Notes under the pieces: model-generated
Seen by the model: only the letters and a program-made list of their open reading frames with translations
Database searches by the model: none
What the model was told of the DNA's origin: nothing
From: a virus
Reading direction: 5' to 3' (one strand)
Length of the DNA: 64,000 nt
Virus record (IMG/VR): IMGVR_UViG_3300026076_000002
Part shown: in pieces, positions 41,705-52,301 of the stretch
How the letters are laid out: each line of letters opens with the position of its first letter
Position numbering within the stretch: position 1 is the stretch's first letter
Position numbers and translations under genes: made by a program

Positions 41705-43357
41705 ATGCCTCAGTCAAATGACATTTACCTTGGTAACCCCAACCTAAAGAAAGCAAATACACAGGTTGAGTTTACTAAAGAACATATAGAAGAGTATTTG
41801 AAGTGTAAGGATGATCCTGTATACTTCACCCAAAGTCATATTAAGATCGTTTCTCTTGATGAAGGTTTGGTTCCATTTAAAATGTGGGACTTTCAGGAGA
41901 AATTAATTAGAAACTTCCACGGAAATAGATTTAATATCTGTAAGATGCCTCGTCAGACTGGTAAGTCTACAACTGTGGTATCTTATCTTCTACACTATGC
42001 TATCTTTAATGATAACGTAAACATTGCTATACTAGCAAACAAGGCACAAACTGCTAGAGACCTATTGGGCAGACTACAACTTGCCTATGAAAACCTACCC
42101 AAGTGGATGCAACAAGGAATTATTGCATGGAACAAGGGTTCTATGGAATTAGAAAATGGATCCAAAATTATCGCTGCATCTACTTCTGCATCTGCTGTCA
42201 GGGGTGGATCTTACAATATTATCTTCCTCGATGAGTTTGCGTTCGTTGCAAACCACCTCGCAGACGACTTTTTTGCGTCTGTTTATCCTACTATATCTTC
42301 AGGTCAGAAGACCAAGGTAATCATAGTATCTACTCCACATGGTATGAATCACTTCTACCGTATGTGGCATGATAGTGAACGTGGTAAAAATGAATATTGC
42401 CCTACAGAAGTTCATTGGTCTGAAGTACCAGGTAGGGATGCTAAATGGAAAGAACAAACTATATCAAACACATCTAAGTCTCAGTTCCAAGTTGAGTTTG
42501 AATGTGAGTTTCTAGGATCTGTTGATACATTGATAGCACCATCAAAGTTAAAGACGTTAGTATACGAAGATCCAATAATGCAGAATGGTAGTCTGTATGT
42601 ATATGAACATTGTAGACCAAATCATGATTATATTGTAACAGTTGACGTTGCACGTGGTGTGTCGAAAGATTACAGTGCCTTTATAGTTTTTGATATTACA
42701 GAATTTCCATATAAAGCAGTAGCACGATACCGTAATAACAGTATCAAACCTATGCTGTTTCCATCTATCATACATGAAGTAGCATGTGCATATAATATGG
42801 CATGGATACTATGTGAGGTAAATGATATAGGAGATCAGGTTGCGTCAATCTTAAACTTTGATCTGGAATATGAAAATGTTTTAATGTGTGCTATGCGTGG
42901 TAGAGCAGGTCAGGTAGTTGGTCAAGGGTTCTCTGGCAACAAGACTCAGTTAGGAGTCAAGATGTCAGTGACAACAAAGAAAGTCGGGTGTTCTAACCTT
43001 AAAACTTTGATAGAAGAAGACAAACTTATACTATGCGATTATGATATGATAAGTGAACTTACTACGTTTATACAGAAGAAACAATCCTTTGAAGCAGAGG
43101 AAGGATGTAACGATGACCTTGCTATGTGTATGGTTATTTTCTCTTGGTTAGTTGCTCAAGATTACTTCAAAGAGATGACAGATCAGGACGTAAGAAGACG
43201 CATTTATGATGAACAAAAGAATCAAATAGAACAAGATATGGCCCCATTTGGGTTCGTTACTGATGGTTTAGAGGAGGAAATAACCGTTGATACCAACGGT
43301 GATGAGTGGCATTTGGATGAATATGGAGACATGTCATACATGTGGGATTACAAGTAA
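41705..43357 (+). CDS. g17: terminase large subunit gp17
   Basis: YLGNPNLKKAN, PRQTGKST (Walker A), IIFLDEFAF (Walker B), nuclease DDLAM. Confidence 0.97.
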   Translation: MPQSNDIYLGNPNLKKANTQVEFTKEHIEEYLKCKDDPVYFTQSHIKIVSLDEGLVPFKMWDFQEKLIRNFHGNRFNICKMPRQTGKSTTVVSYLLHYAIFNDNVNIAILANKAQTARDLLGRLQLAYENLPKWMQQGIIAWNKGSMELENGSKIIAASTSASAVRGGSYNIIFLDEFAFVANHLADDFFASVYPTISSGQKTKVIIVSTPHGMNHFYRMWHDSERGKNEYCPTEVHWSEVPGRDAKWKEQTISNTSKSQFQVEFECEFLGSVDTLIAPSKLKTLVYEDPIMQNGSLYVYEHCRPNHDYIVTVDVARGVSKDYSAFIVFDITEFPYKAVARYRNNSIKPMLFPSIIHEVACAYNMAWILCEVNDIGDQVASILNFDLEYENVLMCAMRGRAGQVVGQGFSGNKTQLGVKMSVTTKKVGCSNLKTLIEEDKLILCDYDMISELTTFIQKKQSFEAEEGCNDDLAMCMVIFSWLVAQDYFKEMTDQDVRRRIYDEQKNQIEQDMAPFGFVTDGLEEEITVDTNGDEWHLDEYGDMSYMWDYK

Positions 43358-43369
43358 TAACGCATTTTT

Positions 43370-43377
43370 ACTAAATA
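43370..43377 (+). promoter_or_regulatory. putative late promoter
   Basis: ACTAAATA upstream of g18; GGGAG SD before the start. Confidence 0.65.
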
Positions 43378-43414
43378 ATTTATAGTCAAAATAGGGTTAC
43401 CGCAGGGAGTTAGA

Positions 43415-45628
43415 ATGGCACTTCAGTTAGCATCCCCAGGAATTAATGTACGTGAGGTTGATCTAACACGTGGTGGCGTTAATGCATCATTAAACGTTGC
43501 TGCTGGTCTAGCAGGTCCTTTTCAAAAAGGTCCTGTTAACGAGATCATTAGAATCACAAACGAGAACGAACTCGTAGAAACCTTTGGTGGTCCTGGTGCA
43601 GGGATCACTGATTTCCATTATGAAACCTGGTATGCTGCATCAAATTACCTATCATATGGTGGACAACTAGAGGTTGTCCGTGCTGGTGGTGGAGAACTAA
43701 ACAACGCAAATGCTGCACCTTCGGGTACACCATCTACTGCGTTGCTTATAGAAAATTATGATGATTACAGCAACAACCATAGCACATCGTCTGATTGGTA
43801 TTTCGCAGCAAAAAACCCAGGTTACTGGGGAGAAAACATTAAGGTTGCAGTCATAGATGCTGCTGCCGATCAAATAATTAACGGAGTATCCGTTAACCAA
43901 GTATCCACATACGGCAATTCAGTCAGCAGTGGGTTCACCTATAACGTAGGTTATGGTGTTACTCAGAAGTTAACTGGAAACATTATCGGTGTTGGAACAG
44001 TTACCTCACCTGGTGACAACGATTACATTAAAGGAATCGTCACTGAGGTTGGTACAGACAGTATTTCAGTCAAGGTAGTTTCGGTTGTACAATCTGGTAC
44101 AGAGACTGCTGTTAGATACCAAGAAAATTCACAGTACTCATTCAATACCTCCAACCCTATTGGTATTGCATCTGCTTCTGTGGGTGATGATAAGAAAGTA
44201 TATGGTACTTCTTTATCAGTTTCTGATTGGTACAATAATCAAGACATTCTTACTTCTGCTGCTGATGGTGGATCAGATCTACTTACACTTAAGTGGAGAT
44301 CTGTACTACCTAAACCAAGAGTAAATGGATACTCTGCTGACAGGGGTGGAGACAATGACTCCCTTAACGTAGTTGTTATTGACGTTGACGGTAATGTCAA
44401 CGGTACACCTGCTACTATCCTAGAGAAGTTCCCGAACTTATCTAAGGCAAGTGATTCAGAGGTGTCACCACAGAAGTCAATATACTATAAACAGTTCTTG
44501 GCAGATAACTCAGCATATGTTTATGCTGGTACATCACCTGCGGTAACTGATTCCCATTATGAAACATCACCTATACCTAACGGGTTCTCCTCTGGAGTTA
44601 CACCACTAGGATCTGGGGTTGGTGCATGGGGTCAAGCAGCAAAAGATATTAATTTCAATTCACTAGGAAACGTTAAGTATAGTCTTACTGCTGGTAAGGA
44701 TTATCAAGGCATAGGAAACTTCAATGCTCCATTAGGAGATATTCTTACTGCTTACGATAAACTACAAGATCCAGTTAACTCTGATATCAGATTCTTGTTA
44801 CAGGGTGGAGCACATAAGACTAAGGAAGAAGAGCAAGCAAAGGCACAGAAACTTATATCCATCTGCGAATTCCGTAAAGATTGTATAACATTCATATCAC
44901 CTGATAGGGGATCTGTTGTTAACATCACGAGTGAATCACAACAGACAGAGAATGTACTTTCATTCTTCAGTCCATTAAGTTCATCTTCTTATGCAGTCTT
45001 CGATAGTGGTTATCAATACACTTACGACAGATTCAATAAGAAGTTCTGCTACTTACCAATATCAAATGATATCGGTGGACTCTGCGTTAGAACAGATAGA
45101 AACCAGTTCCCATGGTTCTCACCTGCTGGAACATCTAGAGGTTCATTAAACTTCGCAGTTAAATTAGCATACAATCCTGGTCAGGATGCAAGAGATAGGT
45201 TGTATTCAAATAGAATCAACCCAGTTATTGCAAGTCCTGGTGCAGGTATTATTTTATTCGGTGACAAGACTGGTCTTGCTTATGAGTCTGCATTTGACAG
45301 AATCAACGTAAGAAGATTATTCATCACCATTGAAAAGGCAATTGAACATGCTGCTAAAGCACAACTCTTTGAACTTAACGATCCAGGTACAAGATCTAAC
45401 TTCTTGAACATCGTTGAACCATACCTCAGAGATGTACAAGCTAAGCGAGGCATCAATGAGTTCCTAGTTGTTTGTGACGAATCAAACAACACACCAGACG
45501 TTATTGATCGCAACGAATTTGTTGCTGACATTTTCGTCAAACCAGCAAGATCAATCAACTTCATTGGTCTAACATTCGTTGCTACGAGAACTGGCATCAG
45601 TTTCTCCGAAGTAGTCGGCACTGTGTAA
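43415..45628 (+). CDS. g18: tail sheath protein gp18
   Basis: SPGINVREVDLT, PWFSPAG, AFDRINVRRLF and KPARSINFI motifs. Confidence 0.97.
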   Translation: MALQLASPGINVREVDLTRGGVNASLNVAAGLAGPFQKGPVNEIIRITNENELVETFGGPGAGITDFHYETWYAASNYLSYGGQLEVVRAGGGELNNANAAPSGTPSTALLIENYDDYSNNHSTSSDWYFAAKNPGYWGENIKVAVIDAAADQIINGVSVNQVSTYGNSVSSGFTYNVGYGVTQKLTGNIIGVGTVTSPGDNDYIKGIVTEVGTDSISVKVVSVVQSGTETAVRYQENSQYSFNTSNPIGIASASVGDDKKVYGTSLSVSDWYNNQDILTSAADGGSDLLTLKWRSVLPKPRVNGYSADRGGDNDSLNVVVIDVDGNVNGTPATILEKFPNLSKASDSEVSPQKSIYYKQFLADNSAYVYAGTSPAVTDSHYETSPIPNGFSSGVTPLGSGVGAWGQAAKDINFNSLGNVKYSLTAGKDYQGIGNFNAPLGDILTAYDKLQDPVNSDIRFLLQGGAHKTKEEEQAKAQKLISICEFRKDCITFISPDRGSVVNITSESQQTENVLSFFSPLSSSSYAVFDSGYQYTYDRFNKKFCYLPISNDIGGLCVRTDRNQFPWFSPAGTSRGSLNFAVKLAYNPGQDARDRLYSNRINPVIASPGAGIILFGDKTGLAYESAFDRINVRRLFITIEKAIEHAAKAQLFELNDPGTRSNFLNIVEPYLRDVQAKRGINEFLVVCDESNNTPDVIDRNEFVADIFVKPARSINFIGLTFVATRTGISFSEVVGTV

Positions 45629-45643
45629 TAGGAGGAACTACTA

Positions 45644-46270
45644 ATGCCACTAGATCAAAACTCATTTCAAATAGGTAACAACAAGAGAACCATTAATTCT
45701 TTCAAGGATAGGTTACAGTTTGGCGGTGCTAGACCTAACCTCTTTGAAGTTAAAATGGTTTTCCCTAATGTCGATATCTTTGACGGTAGGGAAGAAGAGT
45801 ACAGAATGATGGTTAAAGGTGCTCAGTTACCAGCATCTAACATCGCTGAAGTTGTAGTACCTTTTAGGGGAAGACAACTTAAGGTTGCTGGTGATCGTAG
45901 ATTCGATCCATGGACTCTTACAGTACTTAATGACGCTGACTTCAAACTAAGAGAAGCATTCGAGCGTTGGGCTAACTATATCATCAAGGTATCTGACGGA
46001 TCTGGTACAATCAATCCATCTGACTACTTTGCTGAGTGGGAAGTATACCAGTTAGGTCGTGCAAACACAGATCTTAACGTAACTGGAGACAAGAACCCTG
46101 CTAATCTTCCTATCCTTCGTGGATATAAGATGTGGGGATGCTGGCCTTCTGTTGTGTCTGGTATGGAGTTATCATACGATACTCAAGATACTATAGAAGA
46201 GTTCCAAGTCACTATGCAAGTCCAGTACTGGGAAGCATTTGACAAGGATAACAGCGATTCTGTGGTATAA
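45644..46270 (+). CDS. g19: tail tube protein gp19
   Basis: GGARPNLFEV, PFRGRQLKVAGDRRF and IEEFQVT motifs. Confidence 0.96.
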   Translation: MPLDQNSFQIGNNKRTINSFKDRLQFGGARPNLFEVKMVFPNVDIFDGREEEYRMMVKGAQLPASNIAEVVVPFRGRQLKVAGDRRFDPWTLTVLNDADFKLREAFERWANYIIKVSDGSGTINPSDYFAEWEVYQLGRANTDLNVTGDKNPANLPILRGYKMWGCWPSVVSGMELSYDTQDTIEEFQVTMQVQYWEAFDKDNSDSVV

Positions 46271-46294
46271 TAAATATCAGAAAGGATAATATGA

Positions 46295-47965
46295 ATGGCT
46301 AAACTTTTTGGTTTTTCAATTGATGATGAAGAAAAGAAGTCGAAATCGGTAGTCAGTCCTGTTCCTCCCAACCAAGAGGACGGTGCTGATTACTATTTGA
46401 CTTCTGGTTTTTATGGCCAGTACGTAGACATCGAAGGTGTTTTCCGTACTGAGTTTGATATTATCAAGAAGTATAGAAATATGGCATTACACCCTGAGTG
46501 TGATACTGCCATTGAGCATGTTGTTAATGAAGCTATTGTATCAGATCTTAATGATAGTCCTGTAGAAATAGATTTAGATAATTTAAAAACAGGTCAGAGT
46601 CTAAAGAACGTCATAAGGGAAGAGTTTAAATACGTCAAAGACCTCCTACATTTTGATAAGAAGTCCCACGAGATCTTTAGAAACTGGTATGTCGATGGTA
46701 GACTTTACTACCATAAAGTAATTGACTTAGAGAAACCTGATGAAGGTTTAAAAGAAGTAAGACATATTGATGCATTAAAACTTAAGTTAATGAGGATCAA
46801 GCCTAAACCCACACGTGGGCAACCTATGGCTCCTCTTGAAGACCAGATAATGAAGGTTGGTAAGGACGCTGAGATATCAGAATTCTATACATACTACCCA
46901 CAAGGTACTGCTCAGAAATATGGATCTATAGCAGGTAAGGGTATTAAGATTGCAAAGGATTCTATATGTCATATATCATCTGGTCTAGTTGATCGTAACA
47001 GACACATTGGTCTCTCTTATCTCCATAAGGCAATCAAAGGTCTGAACCAGTTGAGAATGATTGAAGACTCATTGGTTATCTACAGACTATCAAGAGCACC
47101 CGAAAGAAGAATATTCTATATTGATGTTGGTAATTTACCTAAGATTAAAGCAGAGCAATACCTAAGAGATGTGATGTCTCGCTATAGAAATAAGTTGGTA
47201 TACGATGCTAACACTGGTGAGATCAAGGATGATAAGAAGTATATGGCAATGCTAGAGGACTTCTGGTTACCACGTAGAGAAGGAGGAAGAGGAACAGAGA
47301 TATCTACTTTACCTGGTGGTCAGAACTTAGGAGAACTAGCAGATATAGAATACTTCCAGAAGAAACTATATCGTGCATTGAACGTACCAGATAGTAGAGT
47401 TGCAGATGATCAAGGATTTAACCTAGGTAGATCATCAGAAATCTTAAGAGACGAGTTGATGTTCTCTAAGTTTGTTGGCAGACTACGTAAACGATTCAGT
47501 GCATTATTCTTAGATCTACTTAAGACTCAGTTAATCCTCAAGAACATCGTTACCCCAGAAGACTGGGAACAGATGGCAGAGCATATACAATTCGATTACT
47601 TATATGATAACCACTTCGCAGAACTTAAAGAAACGGAGTTGATGAATGAAAGACTCAATGTTATGGTACAAATAGAACCTTACATCGGAACCTACTATTC
47701 AAGAGACTATGTTAAACGCAAGATTCTCCGTCAAACGGATGAAGAGATCATTGAGATGGAATCTGAGATGGATAAAGAAAACGAGGCGGGCGTTGGTGTA
47801 CCGTTGGAAACTCAGAATATGATTATGCAAGGTCAGATGGAAGCAGACCCAGGAATGGCTCCTAATTTACCACAGTCAAAGACTACGGCAATGGGACAAA
47901 CTCCTAAGAATCCAGAGGTAAGTAAGGCTAAGACAGGGTTAGATATTAAAAAAGCAAAGATATAA
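46295..47965 (+). CDS. g20: portal protein gp20
   Basis: RAPERRIFYIDVGNLPK and EDFWLPRREGGRGTEI motifs; AATAAATA at 46269. Confidence 0.98.
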   Translation: MAKLFGFSIDDEEKKSKSVVSPVPPNQEDGADYYLTSGFYGQYVDIEGVFRTEFDIIKKYRNMALHPECDTAIEHVVNEAIVSDLNDSPVEIDLDNLKTGQSLKNVIREEFKYVKDLLHFDKKSHEIFRNWYVDGRLYYHKVIDLEKPDEGLKEVRHIDALKLKLMRIKPKPTRGQPMAPLEDQIMKVGKDAEISEFYTYYPQGTAQKYGSIAGKGIKIAKDSICHISSGLVDRNRHIGLSYLHKAIKGLNQLRMIEDSLVIYRLSRAPERRIFYIDVGNLPKIKAEQYLRDVMSRYRNKLVYDANTGEIKDDKKYMAMLEDFWLPRREGGRGTEISTLPGGQNLGELADIEYFQKKLYRALNVPDSRVADDQGFNLGRSSEILRDELMFSKFVGRLRKRFSALFLDLLKTQLILKNIVTPEDWEQMAEHIQFDYLYDNHFAELKETELMNERLNVMVQIEPYIGTYYSRDYVKRKILRQTDEEIIEMESEMDKENEAGVGVPLETQNMIMQGQMEADPGMAPNLPQSKTTAMGQTPKNPEVSKAKTGLDIKKAKI

Positions 47966-47999
47966 GCTAAATATATAATATACACTTCAATAGTATATT

Positions 48000-48188
48000 A
48001 TGGAATCTGCCGACATAGTAGATATGATTGCGACTGGTACTCCTTCATCGGAGGTATCAGATGCAATTAAGGATCTACTGTATGTAAAAAGTAGTGCGAA
48101 GGTTGATGCTATGAAACCTTCTGCTGCCCAATCGCTGTTTGATGCTGAACCTGAAGTTGAAGAAGAACCAACGGAAACAGAAGAATGA
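48000..48188 (+). CDS. small acidic prohead-core-type protein
   Basis: Position between g20 and g21; acidic C-terminus; GCTAAATA at 47966. Confidence 0.65.
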   Translation: MESADIVDMIATGTPSSEVSDAIKDLLYVKSSAKVDAMKPSAAQSLFDAEPEVEEEPTETEE

Positions 48189-48751
48189 GTGCATCTCAGC
48201 CATTAAAATTAGTATCTGATGTTGGGTCGGTATCCTCTGCAAATGCTACATCTGCTGTATCATCTGCTCAGATAGTTCGATCTGGTGTCGTACATGTAAC
48301 TGCTAGTTCTGATAAGGCTGGTGGTTCTATTGCAGCATGTAATACTTCCACCCAAACTGGTGTAGGTAGCATGTTTGTAGATAAGGGTAGTAACATCCTT
48401 TATCGTTATGCTCATCCAGCTAACGCTAATGTTACTAATATCACTGCTACTAATCCAGCAGTTATAACTCTTGACCATCCAGACACAAAACTAAGTGTAG
48501 GTGATTATGTCACCTTAGTTGGTTCTACTGTTAGTGGATACAATACTCAAATAGCACACGTAGAGGTTACTGCTAAGTCACAACCTCAACAGTTCAACGA
48601 GTATATACAGACTATAACTGTGAGTGCAGACTGTTCATCACTAGCAGCGTTTAGTGGTACAGCAACTGCATACAAATCTGTTATCTTTAGACTTGCTCCT
48701 GAGACATCATCAGGATGTACACTTCATATCAAAGAGGTAGGAATAGGATGA
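48185..48751 (+). CDS. hypothetical head-region structural protein
   Basis: ATGA-coupled on both sides; ITATNPAVIT beta-rich domain. Confidence 0.7.
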   Translation: MSASQPLKLVSDVGSVSSANATSAVSSAQIVRSGVVHVTASSDKAGGSIAACNTSTQTGVGSMFVDKGSNILYRYAHPANANVTNITATNPAVITLDHPDTKLSVGDYVTLVGSTVSGYNTQIAHVEVTAKSQPQQFNEYIQTITVSADCSSLAAFSGTATAYKSVIFRLAPETSSGCTLHIKEVGIG

Positions 48752-49395
48752 AATTAATTGCAGAAGAAATTGAATCCGTAGATATTCTTACCGAAGAAAA
48801 AGATGGTAAGAAGACTTTATACATTCAAGGACCATTTTTACAAGCAGAAGTTGTGAATAGGAACAAACGTTTCTATCCAATTGATACAATGGTTAATGAG
48901 GTCAGTAATTATAATAAGAAGTTCGTTTCATCAGGTAGAGCACTTGGAGAACTCGGACATCCTGATGGACCTTCTATAAATCTTGATCGAGTTTCACATA
49001 AAATTGTGTCACTTAAGCAAGAAGGAAACAACTTTATTGGTAAAGCACAGATACTATCAACCCCTATGGGTAAGATAGCAGAATCACTTTTAAGTGATGG
49101 TGTAAAACTTGGAGTTTCCAGTCGTGGTATGGGTTCTATGTACCAAAAGGATGGGGTAAACATAGTAGGAGAAGACTTCATGTTAGCAACTGCTGCTGAC
49201 ATTGTTGCGGATCCTAGTGCTCCCGATGCTTTTGTAGATGGAGTTATGGAAGGTAAGGAATGGGTCTGGGAAGGATCTATCTTGCGTGAGAAAAAATGTG
49301 AAGAGGTCAAGAAGTCAATAAATACGTTAGTGAGTCAAGAAGTATTAGATGAGCATAAACTTGCGTTATTCTCAAACTTCTTGCGTAGTCTATAG
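48748..49395 (+). CDS. g21: prohead protease gp21
   Basis: RALGELGHP, LGVSSRGMGS and ADPSAPDAFV motifs; start set at MKLIAEE. Confidence 0.96.
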   Translation: MKLIAEEIESVDILTEEKDGKKTLYIQGPFLQAEVVNRNKRFYPIDTMVNEVSNYNKKFVSSGRALGELGHPDGPSINLDRVSHKIVSLKQEGNNFIGKAQILSTPMGKIAESLLSDGVKLGVSSRGMGSMYQKDGVNIVGEDFMLATAADIVADPSAPDAFVDGVMEGKEWVWEGSILREKKCEEVKKSINTLVSQEVLDEHKLALFSNFLRSL

Positions 49396-49405
49396 TTTAT
49401 AGATT

Positions 49406-49413
49406 TATAAATA
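49406..49413 (+). promoter_or_regulatory. late promoter
   Basis: Perfect T4 consensus TATAAATA upstream of g22. Confidence 0.8.
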
Positions 49414-49448
49414 ATAATATCATTTTCTAGAATTTTTCGGATCTAAAA

Positions 49449-50552
49449 ATGTCAGACGAACAATTACATGAGATGGATAATCAGGTAACGAAGGGAGCTT
49501 CTGCTGCCGAGCCTATGCCTAAGGCTCCAAATTACGTTCCTGATGCGGGTTCAGTCGAGGTTCTTGGTGGACCAACTCCAACCAATTCTAAACCTACAGA
49601 CGATAGCAACAAGCTAAAAACTCCATCGGCCACTTTGGCACAAACAGGCGATCCTCATTTTCGCCACGCTGGTGCTAAGACCACTCTACCAGGCCCTGCT
49701 GCTTTAAAAGCAACTGGATATGGTAAGGGTGCTAACGAAGAAACAGCTAAGGAGGAAGAAGTTGTTGCAGAAACTCCAGCAGTAGAAACAGAAACTACCG
49801 TTTCTGAAACTGAAACTGTTGAAGCTCCTGTAGTAACAGAAGAACCATTGGACATTGATGCAGATGTTAAGGCACTTCTCGAAGGAGAAGAACTATCTGA
49901 GAAATTCCAAGAGAAGGCTAAGACAATCTTTGAAGCAGTCATCAAGTCTAGGCTTGCTGATGCTAAAGAAGCAATGTCTAAGCAGTACGATACAATGCTT
50001 GCTGAAGAAGTAGGTAAAGTACGTACAGAACTTACAGAGCATATTGACTCATACCTTGAGTACGTTGCTAACGAGTGGATTAATGAAAATGCACTTGCTG
50101 TAGAATCAGGAATCAGAGGTGAACTATCTGAATCCTTTATGACTGGTCTTAAGGGTCTCTTTGAAGAGCACTACGTAACTATCCCAGATGATAAGTACGA
50201 TGTCCTTGAGGCAATGGTCACAAAACTAGATGAAATGGAGAGTAAACTCAACGAACAGATTGATGGTAATATCGCTTTAACTAAGCGTCTATCTGATTCT
50301 GTCTCCGACAACATCCTTGATGAGGTTAGCGAAGGACTAGCACTTTCTCAAAAAGAAAAGCTTAGTTCATTAGCCGAAGGTGTTGAGTTTGAAAGCGAGG
50401 AACAATACCGTGAGAAACTTGTAACTCTTAAAGAGTCATATTTCTCTAATAAGCCAGTTACTGACTCACAAGAAGTCATATCCGAAGATGCTGTAGAGGA
50501 GAATTCTTCTACTATGTCAAAGTATCTCGAAGCGTTGACTAAGTTCAACTAG
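49449..50552 (+). CDS. g22: prohead scaffold gp22
   Basis: ELSEKFQEKAKTIFEA, DSYLEYVANEW and LKESYF motifs. Confidence 0.95.
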   Translation: MSDEQLHEMDNQVTKGASAAEPMPKAPNYVPDAGSVEVLGGPTPTNSKPTDDSNKLKTPSATLAQTGDPHFRHAGAKTTLPGPAALKATGYGKGANEETAKEEEVVAETPAVETETTVSETETVEAPVVTEEPLDIDADVKALLEGEELSEKFQEKAKTIFEAVIKSRLADAKEAMSKQYDTMLAEEVGKVRTELTEHIDSYLEYVANEWINENALAVESGIRGELSESFMTGLKGLFEEHYVTIPDDKYDVLEAMVTKLDEMESKLNEQIDGNIALTKRLSDSVSDNILDEVSEGLALSQKEKLSSLAEGVEFESEEQYREKLVTLKESYFSNKPVTDSQEVISEDAVEENSSTMSKYLEALTKFN

Positions 50553-50593
50553 ATTAAATTTAAACTTACTACATCCCGAAACGGAGACCCAAA

Positions 50594-52021
50594 ATGTTTA
50601 ACTCTGCTCAATTGCAGAAGAAGTGGGGACCTCTTTTAGAAGCGGAAGGTCTTGATAGTATCAAGGACAACCACAGAAAAGCGGTTACAGCCCAACTTCT
50701 CGAAAACCAAGAAAGATTTTTACGTGAAGAACGTGCCTTCTTGACAGAAGCACCTCCTACAGTTAACACTGACCCTGCTGGCACTGGTGCTGCTGGTTTC
50801 AGTGGTGGTGCTACTGATGCTGGCCCAGTTGCTGGTTTCGACCCCGTACTGATTTCTTTGATCAGACGTTCGATGCCTAACTTGGTCGCATATGACCTAG
50901 CTGGCGTTCAGCCAATGAACGGACCTACTGGTTTGATCTTTGCGATGAGAACTCGCTACGACAATCAGCAAGGAACAGAAGCATTCTTCAACGAACCAGA
51001 TACTGCCTTCTCAGCACAAAACTCTGCTGCATCACTTAACCAAGGTGATTACACAGGTGCTGTTGATGGTGGAACAGATGTTGGTTTCGGTACTACTGCA
51101 CAGGGTACAGACCCAAGCAGTGATGCTACAAACCCATCAATCCTTAACGGTGGCGATCAAAACGCTTATCCTACAGGACAAGGTTTCAAGACCCAAGATT
51201 TAGAAGCATTAGGTGACGATACAGCCACTAATGACTTCCGTGAGATGGCATTCAGTATCGAGAAAGTCTCGGTTACTGCTAAGTCTCGTGCTTTGAAAGC
51301 TGAGTACAGTTTAGAACTTGCTCAAGACCTTAAGGCAATCCACGGTCTAGATGCTGAAGCTGAATTAGCAAATATCCTTTCAACAGAGATACTTGCTGAG
51401 ATCAACAGAGAAATCATCAGAACTATCTACAAGGCTGCTGAGCCTGGTGCTCAGACGAACGTTGCTTCAACTGGAGTCTTCGACTTAGACGTTGACAGTA
51501 ATGGTCGTTGGATGGTTGAGAAGTTCAAAGGTATGATGTTCCAGCTAGAGCGTGATTCAAACGCTATCGCTCAGAGAACAAGAAGAGGAAAGGGCAACGT
51601 TATCCTTTGCTCTGCTGACGTAGCATCTGCTCTTGCTGCTGCTGGTCAACTTGACTACACACCTGCTATCTCTGCTAACCTAACAGTTGATGATACTGGT
51701 AATACATTTGCTGGAGTACTTAACGGACGCTTCAAGGTCTACATTGACCCATTTGCTGCTAACCTAAGTGCTAATCAGTACTACGTCATGGGTTATAAGG
51801 GATCTAACCCTTATGATGCTGGACTGTTCTACTGCCCATACGTTCCTCTACAGATGGTTCGTGCAGTTGGTCAGGACACCTTCCAACCAAAAATTGGATT
51901 CAAGACCAGATATGGTATGGTTTCCAACCCTTATGCAGAAGGTACAACCCAAGGACTTGGACGTATTACTGCTAATAGCAACCGCTATTACAGACGTGTT
52001 AAGGTTCAGAACCTAATGTAA
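50594..52021 (+). CDS. g23: major capsid protein gp23
   Basis: GVQPMNGPTGLIFAMR, KSRALKAEYSLELAQDLKAIHG and FQPKIGFKTRYG motifs. Confidence 0.99.
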   Translation: MFNSAQLQKKWGPLLEAEGLDSIKDNHRKAVTAQLLENQERFLREERAFLTEAPPTVNTDPAGTGAAGFSGGATDAGPVAGFDPVLISLIRRSMPNLVAYDLAGVQPMNGPTGLIFAMRTRYDNQQGTEAFFNEPDTAFSAQNSAASLNQGDYTGAVDGGTDVGFGTTAQGTDPSSDATNPSILNGGDQNAYPTGQGFKTQDLEALGDDTATNDFREMAFSIEKVSVTAKSRALKAEYSLELAQDLKAIHGLDAEAELANILSTEILAEINREIIRTIYKAAEPGAQTNVASTGVFDLDVDSNGRWMVEKFKGMMFQLERDSNAIAQRTRRGKGNVILCSADVASALAAAGQLDYTPAISANLTVDDTGNTFAGVLNGRFKVYIDPFAANLSANQYYVMGYKGSNPYDAGLFYCPYVPLQMVRAVGQDTFQPKIGFKTRYGMVSNPYAEGTTQGLGRITANSNRYYRRVKVQNLM

Positions 52022-52045
52022 GACAGAAGTTTATACTTCTTTATC

Positions 52046-52076
52046 AAGACCTCCACACAAGTGGGGGTCTTTTTTT
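52046..52076 (+). terminator. intrinsic terminator after g23
   Basis: aagacctccac-acaa-gtgggggtctt followed by a T run. Confidence 0.9.
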
Positions 52077-52114
52077 ATGCTAATGTTAAATAGTATACAC
52101 TATCAGATAATCTA

Positions 52115-52279
52115 ATGAACGGTAGACTATCTAAGGTTGACATGACAAATAGACTCATGCAACTTAAACGAGAACTAGATTACAAATGTGAAATTGGAGA
52201 TATGGGACAGTGGGAATGTACTGGAGCTAATAAGTATATGCATAAAGTCTTTGATGTGCTTGATGAGTATTGGCAATAA
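52115..52279 (+). CDS. 54-aa hypothetical protein (MNGRLSKVDMTNRL...)
   Basis: Read manually; preceded by GTTAAATA at 52085; fills the g23-g3 gap. Confidence 0.7.
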   Translation: MNGRLSKVDMTNRLMQLKRELDYKCEIGDMGQWECTGANKYMHKVFDVLDEYWQ

Positions 52280-52301
52280 ATAGATATAGCTTGGGAAGCT
52301 G

